DNA from: Octopus sinensis
Taxonomy: Eukaryota
Length of the DNA stretch: 64,000 nucleotides
Assembly: GCF_006345805.1 (NCBI RefSeq)
Contig: NC_042999.1
Span: 34,348,001-34,412,000, forward strand
Direction: 5' to 3'
In this document: in pieces, positions 22,098 to 37,110 of the stretch
Layout of the letters: every line of letters begins with the position of its first letter
Numbering within the stretch: position 1 is the first letter of the stretch
Position numbers and translations under genes: made by a program
Notes under the pieces: model-generated
The model's input: only the letters and a program-made list of their open reading frames with translations
The model's database searches: none
Told to the model about the DNA's origin: nothing

Positions 22098-24594
22098 AGC
22101 ATTGGAACTTGACTAGTGGTAGTATTAGAGTGTTGTTGTTGTTGTTTTTGTTGCTGTAGCGAAGGTGAGACTTGACTTGGTTCATCAGGTGCTGATGTCA
22201 ATGGAAGTAGGTCAGTTGATTGTTGCTGTTGAAGTGACCACTGACCTGTTGGATTTGGTCATTTGTTGTACTGGATTCGTTGGCAAGAATGGCTTTTAGT
22301 GTAGCCATGTGCGCGTGAAAAATAGGGAATATCCTAACAATTTCTTTTAATTTATTTTCTATCTGTTTTACAGATCTGTGAAAGGATTTTTTCGTTAATC
22401 CTCAGTTATTTTGCTATAAACATTAGCTTCGTTGTGATGGATGAACCAAGCGTTAATCATTGCAGTAATTTCATTTTCAACCCAGCGGCGTTTTTGAAAA
22501 TTATTGGCCATATTCAGTGGGGTAGTGTTGTGTGTATATATATATGTATGTATGTGTATGCGTGTGTATGTATGTGTACACCAGTTATTGATGGCTTGAT
22601 GTAAAATAGTGAACACACTGTTGAAAAGTTTGTGTCGGTAAATAGTGAATACACCGTTGGAAAGTTTGTGTCGATATACTCGGAAATTCGTGGCTTGTGT
22701 GTGTGAGAGTTCAGTGTAATTAGTACAATCTAATTAGTACAATCGGGATGAGCGGTGTGTTTGATACAGACCAAGAAAAAAGAATTGTACTCACGGGACT
22801 AGTTTTAGAACTAGTCTTGGGTTTAGTATTTAGTTTTGGGTTGTTCCTCTTTCTTCAGGTTGTATATAGATTTGTATAAATTTATCCTCCGATGGTAGTA
22901 AAAGAGTAGTATAGTAGGATTGTAGAGTTCAAAAGTCTTGAGATTAAAGACAAGGAGAGATTATGTTAGCTTGAGTTGAGTTGAGTTGAGTTAAATTGAG
23001 TTGAAAAATGCTTCTTTGGTTAGTTACTGACGGGAGCTATAAAAAGTACGTCTTGTCACGACGACTGCCTGGCTGCTATATATATATATATAAGAGATTG
23101 AAGACAATGGATAAATATTTATGTAGTAACGTTTTTATTTAAAGACATTCAAATACATATATTCATACCCCTACCTGCAACTGTTTCCATAAATGATTCC
23201 TTAATTTCAGAAATAGAATTCCATATTAGAAACCATCAATTAGTTATATCCTCAGGGATAAATTCAAAAGGAAGTGATTTACCACCCTGTAGGCTAACGT
23301 ATGAGAAATTCAGAAGTGTGTGTTTTTTTTTCTGAATGCAATCATTCCATAGAAAGCGTGATTACCACCTATTTACAAAAATAAACACATTCAACACATC
23401 CTTGCTGGAGCCGGTATGGTACACAATAGTTAATTGATGGTGTTATGATAGTTAAGATACAGATAGTATCGAGAGAAAAAGAATGGTAAGTGAAACTAGT
23501 GAATAGGGAGAACGTTATATATCGATCGTTAATGAGAAAGCAGCTAGACACTTCAATTCGTTGAGCATATGCCTATCAATAATACAACAGATTAACAAAA
23601 TATATAAAGTCAAACTCCACTCAGCTATATCCAGAACTGCTACATCAATCAATGTTTAGGCAAATACACGGTCTATACATGTCAAGTAAACAAACGGATC
23701 TCACATATTACCAGATTTTAGCTATAGAAAATTTATAAACACACACCCACACACACATATATTTATTTATTTATTTATTTAAATGCAAATTCTTTGATAT
23801 AAGTAATTATCATTGACTACTACGAATCTAATGATTGTTCCTAAATGTCCATTTTGATGCACGGACACAAGAATATCCCATTTCCATGTTAGTATTTAAA
23901 CCTGAAGTGGTAGGATATTACGAGCTTGTGTTCGGATTTCTCTAAGCCTGCCCAATGTATGCGCTTTTCGAGATGGCGTCCTTTAAAACAATATACTAAT
24001 ACATGAGAAGAATCTGTTTATAAGTTCTAATAAAATAAATATACTGCGAGAAATTACAATTCTCAGCTAAAAACCACTGTTATCACTCCAGATAGTATAT
24101 TACTAAATTTGAACTTCAATTAATTGCAATACTATTGCATATGTTCGTTTCAAAGTAATATGTATTTTATTTGGAAGATGCAATATTTACCTTTGTTCGA
24201 TTCACCAAAAGATTGAACATTTGCAGTGTGTAATGAAACTATTTTAATTATAATTTGTATATTGGCTAAATTGGCAACATGACCATCCCCAAATATAACA
24301 AAGTATATTTCTATTTATGTGAAAACTGTTTAATATATCTATATATACATTTTCCACCTACGTTAAACGATAATTTGAGCTATTCGAACCAGCGTGCCAA
24401 GATACAAACTCTTACACGTATGGCTTTTACCAAAAGTGCTTCAGTTCATATATAAGTGTGGGATGTAGATACACGGTTATTGCACTATTGTATCCGCATT
24501 CATATAAGGTTTCATGCACGCGAAATGTACATACATGCCCTCTCATACATATACATGTTAACATATCTTTCTTCCTCAATCTCGTTGTATATAC

Positions 24595-24683
<89 letters not shown>

Positions 24684-25646
24684 GTATACACACACAAACC
24701 CACATACATACATGTATGTGTGTGCGTGTATGTATGCAATTATGTATGTATTTATTTACTCATATAATAGAATGTGTATGCGAAGTTATTTTAGTTCACT
24801 TCAAATATGCTCAGAAATCTTCGAACAAAGAATCGAAAATCCAATTTACGTAATCCTTTAGCTTTACAGGTTTCGTTCTAATGTAAATTAGAAAAAAATG
24901 TAATTGACTCTAAGATGCTTTTATATTTTAAAAAAGCATTCCTGCGTATGTCTGTTTCATTGGAAAGTATATGTTTAACATGGTAGAGTATATAAAATTA
25001 TGTGGCGTAAAATGATCCATGAGCAAAATTTGAATTGTAAGCATGAAACATTCAACCAAATTTGTATTTAGCTGAAATTAACCTTAAAGCAAGATAAATG
25101 GAAATATGGTTGCAATGAAAGTGATTATTTTTGAATACATGCCGAAAAATAAAGTATAGTATATTATTCTAAGCTCTTAATTTGTAAATTAAAAATGTGC
25201 AGAATTTTCAAAATGTTCATTCGATGTTTTTATGGGTGTTCAAGTATTTTGCTTGACATATATTTGTACGTCAAATGATGCAAATTTTATAAATGATATT
25301 TAGAATCATTGGAATAATTGTTTCTCTTTTAGATACCAGATCTCAATTTTGTGAGGATGGGGTAAGTCAGTGCTATCGAACCATTACTTATCGACCCTAA
25401 AACTATGTGAGTGTTGATCGCAGTGGGATGCAAAGACGGAGATGTATCTTAAGGAATATTGCCCAATTTTTTTACTATTTTGCAATTCAACAGCACTATG
25501 TAAATGAGACAGTAAAGTTTTGAATTTCCAAAAGGCGATCAGTTATCTATAATACCGCATATTCTATATAAACTGCTCTTAATATTTTTTTTTAATATAG
25601 TGAAACTGCAGTTGAAATACTTTATATAACGTCATTAATAATAAAT

Positions 25647-25860
25647 GGCAGAGCTGGTAGAGTTGTTAGCACGCCGGGCAAATTGCTTAGCAGCCTTTCA
25701 TCCGTCTTTACGTTAGAAGTTCAAGTTGTGTCGAGGTCGAATTTATCTGTCATTCATTTAGGGTCGATAAAATAGGCATTAGTCGAGCACTGAGGTCGAT
25801 ATAATCGACTTATCCCCTCCTCGAAATTACTGCCCTTGTACCAAAATTTGAAATCAATAT
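25647..25860 (+). mobile_element. SINE family 2 (tRNA head; central TTTCATCCTTTCGGGGTCGATAAA..AGTACC resembling the Meta/MESC domain), decayed
   Basis: Homology to the copies at 28438, 37426, 45151, 55017 and 63270. Confidence 0.8.
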
Positions 25861-26332
25861 TAATCATGTATCATCACACACTTGTATCTGTACAAGTCTG
25901 AAATGATATAAACATCAAGTCTTGATGGCAATTATGTTGAGAATTTGCTACATCGCATGATATCTTTAGGTTGTCCTAAATGATCAGTAGAAACAGAGCT
26001 AATTTGTTTTCTGATATATTAAACTCGGTAATATTAAGGAACGATATTGAATTTTGTAGCACAATCTTGACACAGATCGATGGAAATAGATAAATAGATC
26101 TACTTGTATTCAACGTTAACGAAATTCAACGTCAGAAACGAAAACGATATTATTTATTCTAAAGAGCCTGTTCAAAATATCTTCCGGAGTGAGAAATAAT
26201 TTTTCGAACTACCAGGAATATATCTATAACTCGGTAAATCTACGTCATTCTCTAAATTTAATTGTTCACCAATTTCTCTGTATCTTTCTTGCTATTCTCT
26301 CTCTCTACCTAGCTTTCTCTCATCCTCTTCCC

Positions 26333-26372
<40 letters not shown>

Positions 26373-26672
26373 CTAATCTCTGCTTTGATCTTCATTGAGC
26401 ATACGAGGGATTAAACACATCCCAACGCCGAAAGTTCAGTACGGAAATTAGTCGAATAATTCAACAATGCAATTATTTGATCAACAAAAATTTATGAAAC
26501 GCTTCTACGTACTTCCTATTGAGGAAATGGAACACATAAGCGCAAAAATAGAGGGCATTAAATGCTTCATTTTAAAACCAAAATAATTGAATTTTGATTG
26601 AACTTCGTCCAAGTTTCGCTTAATTCGCGCGTGCATAAAACGCACGAGCGCACGGGCCGGGCAATATTGCTA

Positions 26673-26754
<82 letters not shown>

Positions 26755-26756
26755 GA

Positions 26757-26895
26757 AAGCGCATAGTCTGTTGTTATGGTGTTAGATTAACAACAATAAA
26801 GTCATGGGTTCGATCGGAAACAGGTGTGTCTCCTTGTGCAACAGAGTGCATATTATATTACTCCAGTCTACTCAGCTAAAACTTAGTACCACCAT
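26757..26895 (+). mobile_element. Old tRNA-derived CORE-like SINE fragment
   Basis: GGGTTCGATC box B-like motif followed by GTGTCTCCTTGTGCAA...ACTCCAGTCTACTCAGCT...AGTACC; similar decayed copy near 49690-49810. Confidence 0.45.
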
Positions 26896-27894
26896 GTTTG
26901 TTAGGAATTTCGCTTCATAGGTTTAAACTGCAGCGTAGCGACTTTGGTAAGAGTCCTTTACCATACACTTGAGTCGACCTTGGGAGAAAATTCCCAAACA
27001 TGGAATTGTTTGGATGTCCGGTTACTTGTACTTATAATTCGAATATCCAGCCAGTGGCAAATATTTGGATTAGGAAAGATGCTAATTGTCTGTGAAGTGC
27101 TCAGTCACTTATGTCAATTTAAGTAGTTCAATTAATGAAATACCATCGTTGGAAATTAAGGATTACCCATCCTCGTGTCTACATTCATATTTATAGTAAC
27201 GATATTTACACTGCAATATAACGTCATTTTCTAAAGTTTTATATTCGCATTGGGTCGGGAAATAATAGCCAAATATGACTTTCTTGACTAAGTAAAGGAA
27301 GAACACTTTGGGTAATGAAGTTCTAAATATGATATGACTTTGCTCTTTGGTTTATTTAATTTACAGTACGGACAAGAGCTTTTGGGAATTTATGATTCAT
27401 AATCAAATCTTTGCTTGCTGCATCTGCACCTACATTTTCGATGGTTTCTAAGTAAAGGAAATTTCATAAGAAATCGATAAAATTTTACTTGCAATTATTC
27501 ATCGACATTAAACCACTTTAACAAACACAGATATACAAATGTTCAGCGACTTCTTCTGAGTTTACTTCAGTAACATTCTAGAAATAGCATTCCTCTATAT
27601 GCAGTAACAAACCACTTATATATACGTCTCATTTAATATTTAGCCCTAAGCCCTTTATATTCTTGGCGTATCTCTCATCTGACAGGTTGCAACTATAGAA
27701 CTGCACCCGTCCGCGCTCCGCACACCGATAAAGTGCAATTTCTACTATATGGACGCCAAGAATGTATGTCTAAAATTATAGTATATGTAGGAGAAATATT
27801 TCTTGAACATGATTCAAGAGAGCAATTAATGGTCTTCATAAAGAAGAAAATTATTTCGATTTATGGATCATTTCTACAATATAAGTAACAATAA

Positions 27895-28325
27895 TTATTC
27901 CTACTACAAACACAAAACCTAAAATTTGGAGGGAGAGAAGCTAGTAAATTCCATCGACCAGAGTGTGTCACTAGTACTTAGTTTATCGACTCCGAAACAT
28001 TGAAAAGCAAAGTGGACTCCGGTGGAGTTTGAACTCAGAACGTAAAGATGGTCGAAATACTTCTATGCATTTTGTCCAGCGGGATAACAAGACTTCCAAT
28101 TCACCGCCTTAATATTGGTTTCAAATTTTGGCACAAGGCCATCAATTTGGGGAAAGGAACCGAGTCGATTATATCGTTCTCAGTGGTCAATTTGTGGATA
28201 TTTTATCGACCCCGGAATATGAATGACAAAATCGACCTCGACGAAATTTGAACTAAAAACGTAAAATCGGACGAAATGCTTCTAAGCATTTTGTACGGGG
28301 AGAATGCAAATCGGCCAACTCGCCG
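27895..28325 (-). mobile_element. Two decayed SINE family 2 copies in tandem (27895-28110, 28111-28325)
   Basis: Reverse-complement matches to the head (..CACCGCCTT, ..CTCGCCG), TTGAACT and TTTATCGACCCC segments. Confidence 0.75.
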
Positions 28326-28437
28326 ACTGAATATTAGTAACAATAGTTCTAAACCCAGAAGAAGTTATGTAATAAATGATGTATTTGACATTTCAGAAGT
28401 AATTATGCATATATTATAAGCGTAATAAATGGCTAGA

Positions 28438-28778
28438 AGGCGGCGAGCTGGCAGAGTTCTTAGCACACCGGGCGAAATGCTTAGTGGTATTTCGTTTGCA
28501 GCTATGTTCTCAGTTTAAATTCAGCGGAGGTCAACTTTGCCTTTCATCTTTTCGGGGTCAATAAATTAAGTACCAGGTACGCATTGAGGTCGATATAATC
28601 GACTTAATCCGTTTGTCTGTCCTTGTTTGTCCTCTCTGTCTTTAGCCCCTTGTGGGTAATAAAGAAATAGGTATCTTGCTTATCTTCATGTTTTGAGTTC
28701 AAATTCCGCCGATGTCCTTTGCTTTCATACTTCGCCAACCACAAATTTCAGGCCTTGTGCCCATAGTAAAAAGGATTA
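28438..28778 (+). mobile_element. SINE family 2, one full unit plus a partial second unit
   Basis: AAGGCGGCGAGCTGGCAGA head; restarts after TAAAGAAATA with GGTAT...GAGTTCAAATTCCGCCGA. Confidence 0.88.
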
Positions 28779-31700
28779 TGAATGAATGGTTAGTCCAGTC
28801 CAGGGTTTATTATCTGCTAATATGTGCCGGCAAAAATGTGCTGATATTCAAATTAGCAAAAATCATTGCCTGTTACTCATATCACTTATTGTAACACTAT
28901 ATACTACTTTATATTATAGTTAAACGGACGGCATATACACTCTGAAAAACCTATAGAAATAACAGATAGAAGCCACACTGTCTTTAACTGATAGAATGGT
29001 TCGTTGAAAGCAGCCAGAACTACGCTTTAACCACATGTACTAACACAGAAAGGTTAAACGCATTTATATTAAAGTACACATTGAAACTTCTTAACAAGTT
29101 ATTTATAAACGGTACTTCAGTGCGATTTATGTTTGACTGAATTAAAATAAAAGTTCTATATGCAAGAAATGGAATTTATTAAATAGAATTCTTACGTACT
29201 CAACTCAACTTTTTAAAAACAATTTTTGTTTAAATTTCCATGATATTTCTTCTTTTTATATCTCTCTCTCCGTCGTATGTATTCGTGAAAGCAGAAACGC
29301 TTAATGCTTATACAGTTGCATGTTTAGGAATTATTGGATGATCTAAAACAGCTATGTTAAAATGAACAAACTTTACATTTATGAAATTACATGACATCAT
29401 ATAATTTGAATTCTTTCTCATTGTAACTTATAATGAATCACCATACCAAGAATAAGAATGGATTTGTAAGATGACGAAATTGATGTTCAGTATAAACATC
29501 TGCAACAGAAGTTTTCCGATTGTATTTTCAAAAGAAAATATTTAATAAAATTATTTTCAATTGCAAGTGAACTTATTGTAATGTCACTGTGAACTGAGTA
29601 AACCTGATCATAGATGATATTCCTATAATAGAGTGTAGTTCCAGTGACTAGAATTGGGTTGGTAGTTGTTGAGATCATCCAAACAATCTAATGATGTTTG
29701 AATGGAATCATTGTTGTAATTTAAATAAGTTATATTATATAAAGGAAGTGAATTCAGAGGGGAATAATTTATGAATGATGCTTTCGGTACATTTTGAGTG
29801 GAAACGTATTTTATAACGGAAACTGATATTGCACTCTAATAAGTAAAGTAATGTAACTTGATAGAGGAAAATAATTTGGGTTAAAGAGAAATTGGTTAAT
29901 GCTTGTGAATATAGAGAAATATAAGTTACTACAAGTAATCAGTTTTTTTCAGCTAATAAATAAGTAGGAGTAATCCTCCAGTCTTCCTTTTCAGAATACG
30001 TGGATGAAGCGTCAGCAATATGCATGATAATGTCTCTCTTATGTGTAAATTAATTGTAAAATGTTTCAGCTACCCAAAGAAAATTATCCATATGTTCCAA
30101 GTATCATATTTAATTATTTATAATACGGCTTAGTTTCCAAATAATCTTTCTGGCTTCGAACGAGCTACGGTTCTTCTATCCATCAATAAAATGTTGTGGT
30201 CTTTAACGTAGTCTTTCCCAGGACGTATAGACCACCTAGAAATTAGATTATGAACTATGTTTTTCCTTCCTGAATTACGTGAGGAAAAGTTATATTTAAG
30301 AAATTCAAGCTAACTTATCTCGGACATAAGTTTACTTATACACGATGTCTCTTTCATATTTCTCAATACTTTTTCCTTGTTTGTTTTTCTTTTGGATAAT
30401 GTCGTTATATGCAAGTTGTAGAACATGCTTTCCTCCTACAATCTTCATTAGATATTAATATTAGAAAAACGTTTTCCATCATCTAACTGACACGCTGAAT
30501 ATATGTGGGTGTATTCAATGTTTCTGCTTCCATCTTTATATAGACTTTGCTTTACATGTTTCTTCCAGAGTTTTTCTCATATATTCTGCATACATTTGTC
30601 TTATTATTCCGAAAGAGTACAATCTTTCTTTAAAAATCCCATGTTTTCCTTGAAGAAACCAATTTCGCTTCCTTTTACAAAAATACTTATCCAGTCAAAA
30701 CGTAAAACATAAATCGTTCAAACTACTGGCCAATCTGAATATATTTCCTTCGTGCCGCCGAATAAATTTATTTGAATTCTACCATTAATTCCATCTAAAA
30801 TGCCTAGATTTCCTAGATCGCATTCAACCATATCTATCAAATATCGAACCATTGAAACTACACTGTAATAAATCTTTGTGAATAGAATTTTGACGAGTAA
30901 TTCCAGTCTGATATCATTTTGTGTTCTTAATTACATTTCACCTGATATCCCCCGTGATTACTAATAATTGTGTACCCTTCCACCTTGTTTACCAATAACT
31001 GGAATATAGTTACTGTGACATTTCTTTTAACAAGAGCTCACATTCTGTAACCAATTATATCGCCAAAATGAATTAAGATTGATATCCCACTTCACGGAAA
31101 TCAAATGGAGAGCACTTTCTCCTTACAGAAATAAAGGTTGTTTACGTGTTGCCCACTGATTAGTTTCACTCTCATTCTGCTTATCCACCAATCCCGACTA
31201 TCGACATTTCATTCCCTCTATTACCAGACTCAACGATTGCTCTCGCAAGTTCAACCACACAAATGCACATATGAAGTGAATATGGTGCGCCTCACCAAGT
31301 TTCAGATTTTCCAGTAGAAATTCACATTTCAGAGTATATCGTTTGGTCGAATTTTCTTTTCATATAGTTATCATGTATAAAAGGCTTGTGCTTTCATAAA
31401 ACTAAAGAAGATGGCTTTCAAAGCCAGATGTCGCTTTGAAATCGGGTACTGGTTTGTCTGAGTTTCTGTCTCTACAGAAAGCTTATTTTATATTTAAAGC
31501 TATAGAGATCGATTCAAAACATCACTAAATTGAGTACAGAATTGTGAATGCAAGTTTCAAGTTAAAGCCTCACATTAAACCAGGAATCTTAAATAATAAT
31601 ATTTCATTCTTTTTTTCAAATAAATACTTTCCTGAAATTATTTTATTTTCCTTTTATCATTCTTGTAGACCTACCTTCTTTGTGACCAGTTTTGTGTGCC

Positions 31701-33479
31701 TTACTATTTTCAGTGACTGTAGCTTCAATGATTTCTAGAATGTTCTCTGGCCACAAAGTTATTTCTATGCATTAAACCCAGAGTGCGTACTATCTTTACA
31801 TTTCGTATATATTGAATTAATCTTTATAATTTTTGTAGTGTTAGCTGCTCTAATGTCCAATATTTACTTTTTTTATAATTTATTATTCTAAACCGCATTA
31901 TTATTACATTATCGCCTTTAATTTATTCATGTGGAAGGATTGAATCTTAAATAATTTGGAGTTTATCGGTATTAGTTTTACGACTAACGTGTCAATTTCT
32001 TTAAGACTTGTTTGTCATAGGTTAATATAAGATATATCCGTTGCTTTTTTAATGAAACTATTATGTTGCTTTATTTGCATTCTTCTATGCTACAACCTCT
32101 TTCGCCGTATGTTAATTCAAATAATATTATGTTAGAGTATATATTATAATTCAAGTGGTATATATTTAATGATGTGTTTTGTTGTATTTCTGTCAAAACG
32201 TAAGTCATTTACGTTTCACATGCAATGTATCGGAGCTGCTTTCAGGAAAATTTTTAACACAATTTATATCTAATTTCAGATATACCTTCTAAATAACGAG
32301 TTTTCCCTTACGCCTGATATTTTATTAACATCAGTGGCGGTGATGCATGTAACATGCATCTCTATGCTTTGTTGAAGGAATTTCTGTGACACAAATGATG
32401 ACCCGCAAACAGCTTTACCCTCTGAATAAATTCTCTAGTAATTTACCTTTTATTGAACCTGATGCAAGAAATTACATCTTTCGATATCTGAAATATTTTA
32501 TTTCGCTGTAGGCCTCTTAATTTGTTGGTGATGCAGGCACAGTTTAACATATAATTTGACCGTCCTTGTGTATCAACACTTTCATTAGTTGCAATTTCAC
32601 ATGGTTGGTGAAGCGAATAATAAGTCATGTAAGATCGCTAAAACGTCTGTCATAATTAAGTTTCATTTGATACATTCCGACATCATATATTTGACGACAA
32701 AGTGGGATTTACCTTGTACTAGAGTTGTTTAAAGATTTGCGAAGCGAAATATAATGTAACCGAAAATATAGCCAGCGTATTTGTGATACAATAACAATTC
32801 TACTGCCAAAACATTATTTGGAAAATTGACATTCGAAATGCAAGTATCTCAATCACATGTGAATTTTGTCATTTCCAATTATCATCGACACAAATTATAT
32901 TATAATTTTATCAGGTATATGTTACTATTCTGAAATTACACAATACTAATACAATTATTAAAGTCTGAGTCGTGCAGTTGAACATACCAGAAGTGCACAC
33001 ACATAAAGTTGATAACAGAGCAGAAAATCGATAAATAAACGTATATTTACATTCTTTATTACATATATACATTCAATTTATAAATAGAAATGTCGCCCCA
33101 ACAAAATTATCTAACCATTTCATTGATATGATTATATAAGTGAAGCTAATAAGCAAAGAGTAAACAAATTAATTTAATATAACTTTAATAGAGTGCCACT
33201 AAACACCAAGTAACTGTAGGAAAAACTCAATTTCCATAAAGAATAAATATAGTGACTGTTACTTAATATTATGAAAACAAACGTAAATACCACCAGAATG
33301 AACTTTGCTTTATTCCTTTCGTAATTGATATAATATAATGCGAGCAAGTACCGGGGTCGATAAAATATATCAGCAGGTATTTGTGTTCATCGAATCGATT
33401 CCTCTACTCTTTAAACATTGTGGAACCTCTGTATACCCTAAATTAAATGCTGGGAAAACAACAAAAATTTCTTCCACAA

Positions 33480-34934
33480 TTATGAAATACAATTCATATT
33501 AAATAACAAATCCCGAAACCCATTCATAAAAGGAGCCACAACACATGTCCCCCATAAACACCTCCCCAAAACACACCTCAAACGCACATACTATTCAACC
33601 CCCCTTCACACAGGACACAACCTCCCCAACCCTACAAAAAGCCCTTTCCTCCCCGAAAAAATTCAAACAAAATCCACCTCAAAACTTGGATCTTTAATCA
33701 TTCTAACCCTCCTCCCCACCGACAAAATGCATCAAGAACCCCCATACACTAGGAATTACCCCCTTCTCAATGCTCCCCACTCTCATACTAATATCAAAAA
33801 AGGTATCCTACCCACACCTATACATAGAATCCCATACAGCCCTCCCAACCAACACCCACAATCCTAGAAATCTGGACACCTTTTCCACATCTCCTTAATG
33901 GAAAACTGGAAAAGATACCTAGATGATCGTTTCATCATATGGAAAGAATCTCATGAAAATCTTCTGGAATTCAAAACCACGCTTAACAACATACATACCA
34001 ACATTCAATTCACTATGGGAGTCAGCAAACATCATCTCCCTATTCTTGATCTCCTAATTATAAAAGCACCTCACAACCAAATCAAAACCAATATCTACCA
34101 CATACCTACAAACTCACAATACTCACAAACTCACAAACTTCCTTTCATGCCACCGAAAACACACCAAGATAAATATCCACTTCAACTTAGTTAAAAGGAT
34201 TTGCATCATTGTCTCGGACCCAACCATTCGAGAAGTAAGCCTTCAAGACCTCAAAAAAACAATATTACAAGGCCAATATCCCTACACAATATCCCTAGGA
34301 AGCATCGAACGCCTCCTGATAGCTTTGACACGGTGTCCCTAGATGCAGTTCCGGCGGCCGGGGGTGTTTGTCTCCCCTTCGTATATGTATATAAGGACAC
34401 ATGGAAAAAATGTGTCAAAGCTATCAGGAGGCGTTCGATGCTTCCTAGAGCTATACAGCGGTGGTGTACCCCCTACTGTCACTTTCTTGTTAGATTGACA
34501 GTATGCAACCATTCTATCGCCCCACCACCGTACATGTCTCTACGAGAGATTTAGAAATTCAATACTTCTTATTTTGATAATCAGTGAATAAGCTTCACTA
34601 AATATAGGTATATACAATTACGAATTCGAGGCAAATATCACCAGCTGACCGGTGTCTGCTACTCTAGACCGATGAAGGACAACGATCCTGAAACACAGTG
34701 TCCCTAGATGCTGTTCCGGCGGCCGGGGGTGTTTGTCTCCCCTTCGTATATGTATATAAGGACACAGGGAAAAATGTGTCAAAGCTATCAGGAGGCGTTC
34801 GATGTTTCCTAGGGCTATACAGCGGTGGTGTACCCCCTACTGTCACGTTCTTGTTAGATTGACAGTATACAACCATTCTATCGCCCCACCACCGTACATG
34901 TCTCTACGAGAGATTTAGAAATTCAATATTTCTT
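33480..34934 (+). mobile_element. Penelope-like element: RT fragment, short inverted pLTR segment and two tandem pLTR copies
   Basis: WKRYLDDRFIIW...IQFT...LPILDLLI...YHIPT at 33898-34194 and KRICIIVSDP. 34293-34331 is the reverse complement of ~34422-34460; direct repeats ~34328-34570 and ~34693-34934. Confidence 0.88.
34663..34708 (+). ncRNA. Type I hammerhead motif, CCGATGA core
   Basis: Stem I TCTAG/CTAGA with an A-C mismatch next to the core; stem II AGGA/TCCT; GAAA; stem III ACAC-A-GTGT; GUC triplet. Confidence 0.75.
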
Positions 34935-36954
34935 ATATATATATACCTATTGAAACTACTAATATTGAAGTATTAAAAGTGAAATATAAGTGTATTAAGT
35001 CTATAAAATTGTGCATAAAGTATATAAAAAGTAGATGTAAACTGCATTAAGTATTCCAATTTCATTCACTGTTCAATGAGTAACAGATGATCGACTATTT
35101 TCCATACTGACAGAACAAACGCTATGCTTTCAGATTATTTGCATAAAGTTTTCAGAAATAACCCAATAGGTTTACCATTAATTTCGTGAAATAGTCACGG
35201 CTCACTCTAGTATATATAAATGTGTGTGAATATAGATTCCTTCTGTTTGTTCTTCATTTTTGCATTAGAAAGTATTCACTGCTACATAAATTCTGATGTA
35301 TCCTTGCCATTGTTTCTACACACAACAATCCTAGCCAGCTTCAACTAGACTGATACAACAATTTTGACTTGCATGCCTTAACTATTTGCCAACCGATTCA
35401 TTATATATATGTTTCCTCCTTTGCTTATACTACACTTATATTTTTGGTTCCTATAGACTATCTATATGCATACTGCATACATATATTTACAGTACAGATT
35501 GCACATTATCTCCTAATTATCCCTATAATATGTTAGTTCGCAATAGTTCAATATGCCTCACGCGGACCTGAACCACTCTACTAACGCTCTTCCCTTGCAC
35601 ACGTTCCCAACTTTTCAAGCTGAATAATGAAAGCATCAACTTTTGAAAATCCATTTATAGTTCATTTTAATTTTACTCAAATAACAAATAACCTTTATTG
35701 CGGAAGTGAATGCTCTATTAGGACTTGTTTATCAGAGATACGCTATTTCTGGCCATATCCTGCAGACAGAGACAGTTGAAAGAACACTGAGTTTTCGAAA
35801 CATTCCCTCATTTTGTTTTTAATATCAACATATCCAAGACTTTCGAACAATGTCATTGTTTAACAATTAATGGATGGAAATATGCATCTATGTATCATAC
35901 TTACTTTAGAGATTTGTATGCATACAGCGGTGGTAAGTCAGTTGCAGTAATTCCTTTGTGCTTGCATTTCGTTACCGATGTTTCTGCAACTGAGTATTGA
36001 GTAGACGGAGAATGAGTAAATGTTTCTATGACAATCCACTACCCGCTATCTTGTGTAGACGCAATGCGGATATTGTAACCGGCTGGAAATAAGCTCTAAT
36101 GAGCATAGAAAAAAGGGCGAATAGAATGGATTTCTATCAAGGTCTTAAAACCAGAAATCTGTGCCGCACACAACCCTGAATTATGTTTCTCTTTGAATGA
36201 ATTAATACATTGTCGTAAAGGGGAGTCTTACTTGTATAAACAGCAACAAGGTACTAGTCCAATATACGTAAACTGAAAGAAGCTCACAGTAGGGTGTCTG
36301 ATCTTGAAACTTTTAATTGTAGACAATGTCAAATATGTTGATGTGTGAAATGAAAAATAAAACGTTTGCTAATCATCTCGAGTGGGACATACAATTTATT
36401 TGTGGATAACAGAGAAGAGAAGATCCTCGAATTATTTGCGTTTGGAAATAAGTAATCGCAGCTGAAGATAGAGAGACAGTCAAGAATTAATGTAAATCCA
36501 TTTTTATATTAACGTGAGATTAGGAATATAGATCAATATATATCAGGTTTAGAGAGTTTGTCTCAGTTTAGAGTGGTAGAAATAACTGACTTGAAGTAAT
36601 ATCGTGCATACATGTATACAATCAATGTACCATACGTTGTCGAACAAATTTAAAATTACTGTTGCTCAGATATCTCGGAAAAGAGTGAATGTATCATTCT
36701 ACCATGAGAATTATCCAAAAGCGCACCTCTTAAGAAATTGTAGAGCGTATGAAATTGATGACCTACATGTTTTAATGCATCAAAATCCTTGCGGAATTTC
36801 ATGATATATGCATCTATAATACTAAATTATTTTAAAACGTAACACTTCAATTACCTTGAATTGTGTTGAAAGATTTTCAGGTAAAGTGAAAGGGTGCTTA
36901 TTATACAATCTTTTAGAAGTCAAGAAGCTAGTTTCATACCCTGTACATACATAT

Positions 36955-37110
36955 AGATAGATTGGTAGATAAGTAGGTAGGCAGGTAGGTAGGTAGCGAA
37001 CTAGCTAGCGAAGCAGGTAGTTAGGTAAGTAGATATTTAGATAGATAAGACAGACAAACGGACGGGTGGTTGGATGGATGGATGGATGGATGGGTAGATG
37101 GGAGGATGGA
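36955..37110. repeat. Degenerate (GGTA)/(GATA)/(GATG) tetranucleotide tract
   Basis: Direct reading. Confidence 0.8.

Larger units (their letters stand above)
18180..23077 (-). mobile_element. Near-full-length CR1-like (CR1/L2 group) LINE
   Basis: Contiguous 5' UTR, ORF1 with CCCH fingers, APE endonuclease, RT and 3' UTR ending in a (TATCTAAGTTTT)2 tail; only a few frameshifts. Confidence 0.92.

Noticed and set aside
29400-33400. Several 40-70-codon open stretches on the minus strand with plausible AG/GT sites (e.g. 29620-29830, 32300-32640)
   Set aside because: No homology I can recognise and no consistent exon chain; such lengths occur by chance. RNA-seq or BLASTX would be needed.
35890-36110. 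Possible micro-exon (+, TTTAG...GTG|GTAAGT) and a protein-like minus frame with one stop
   Set aside because: Isolated splice-like signals with no supporting context.
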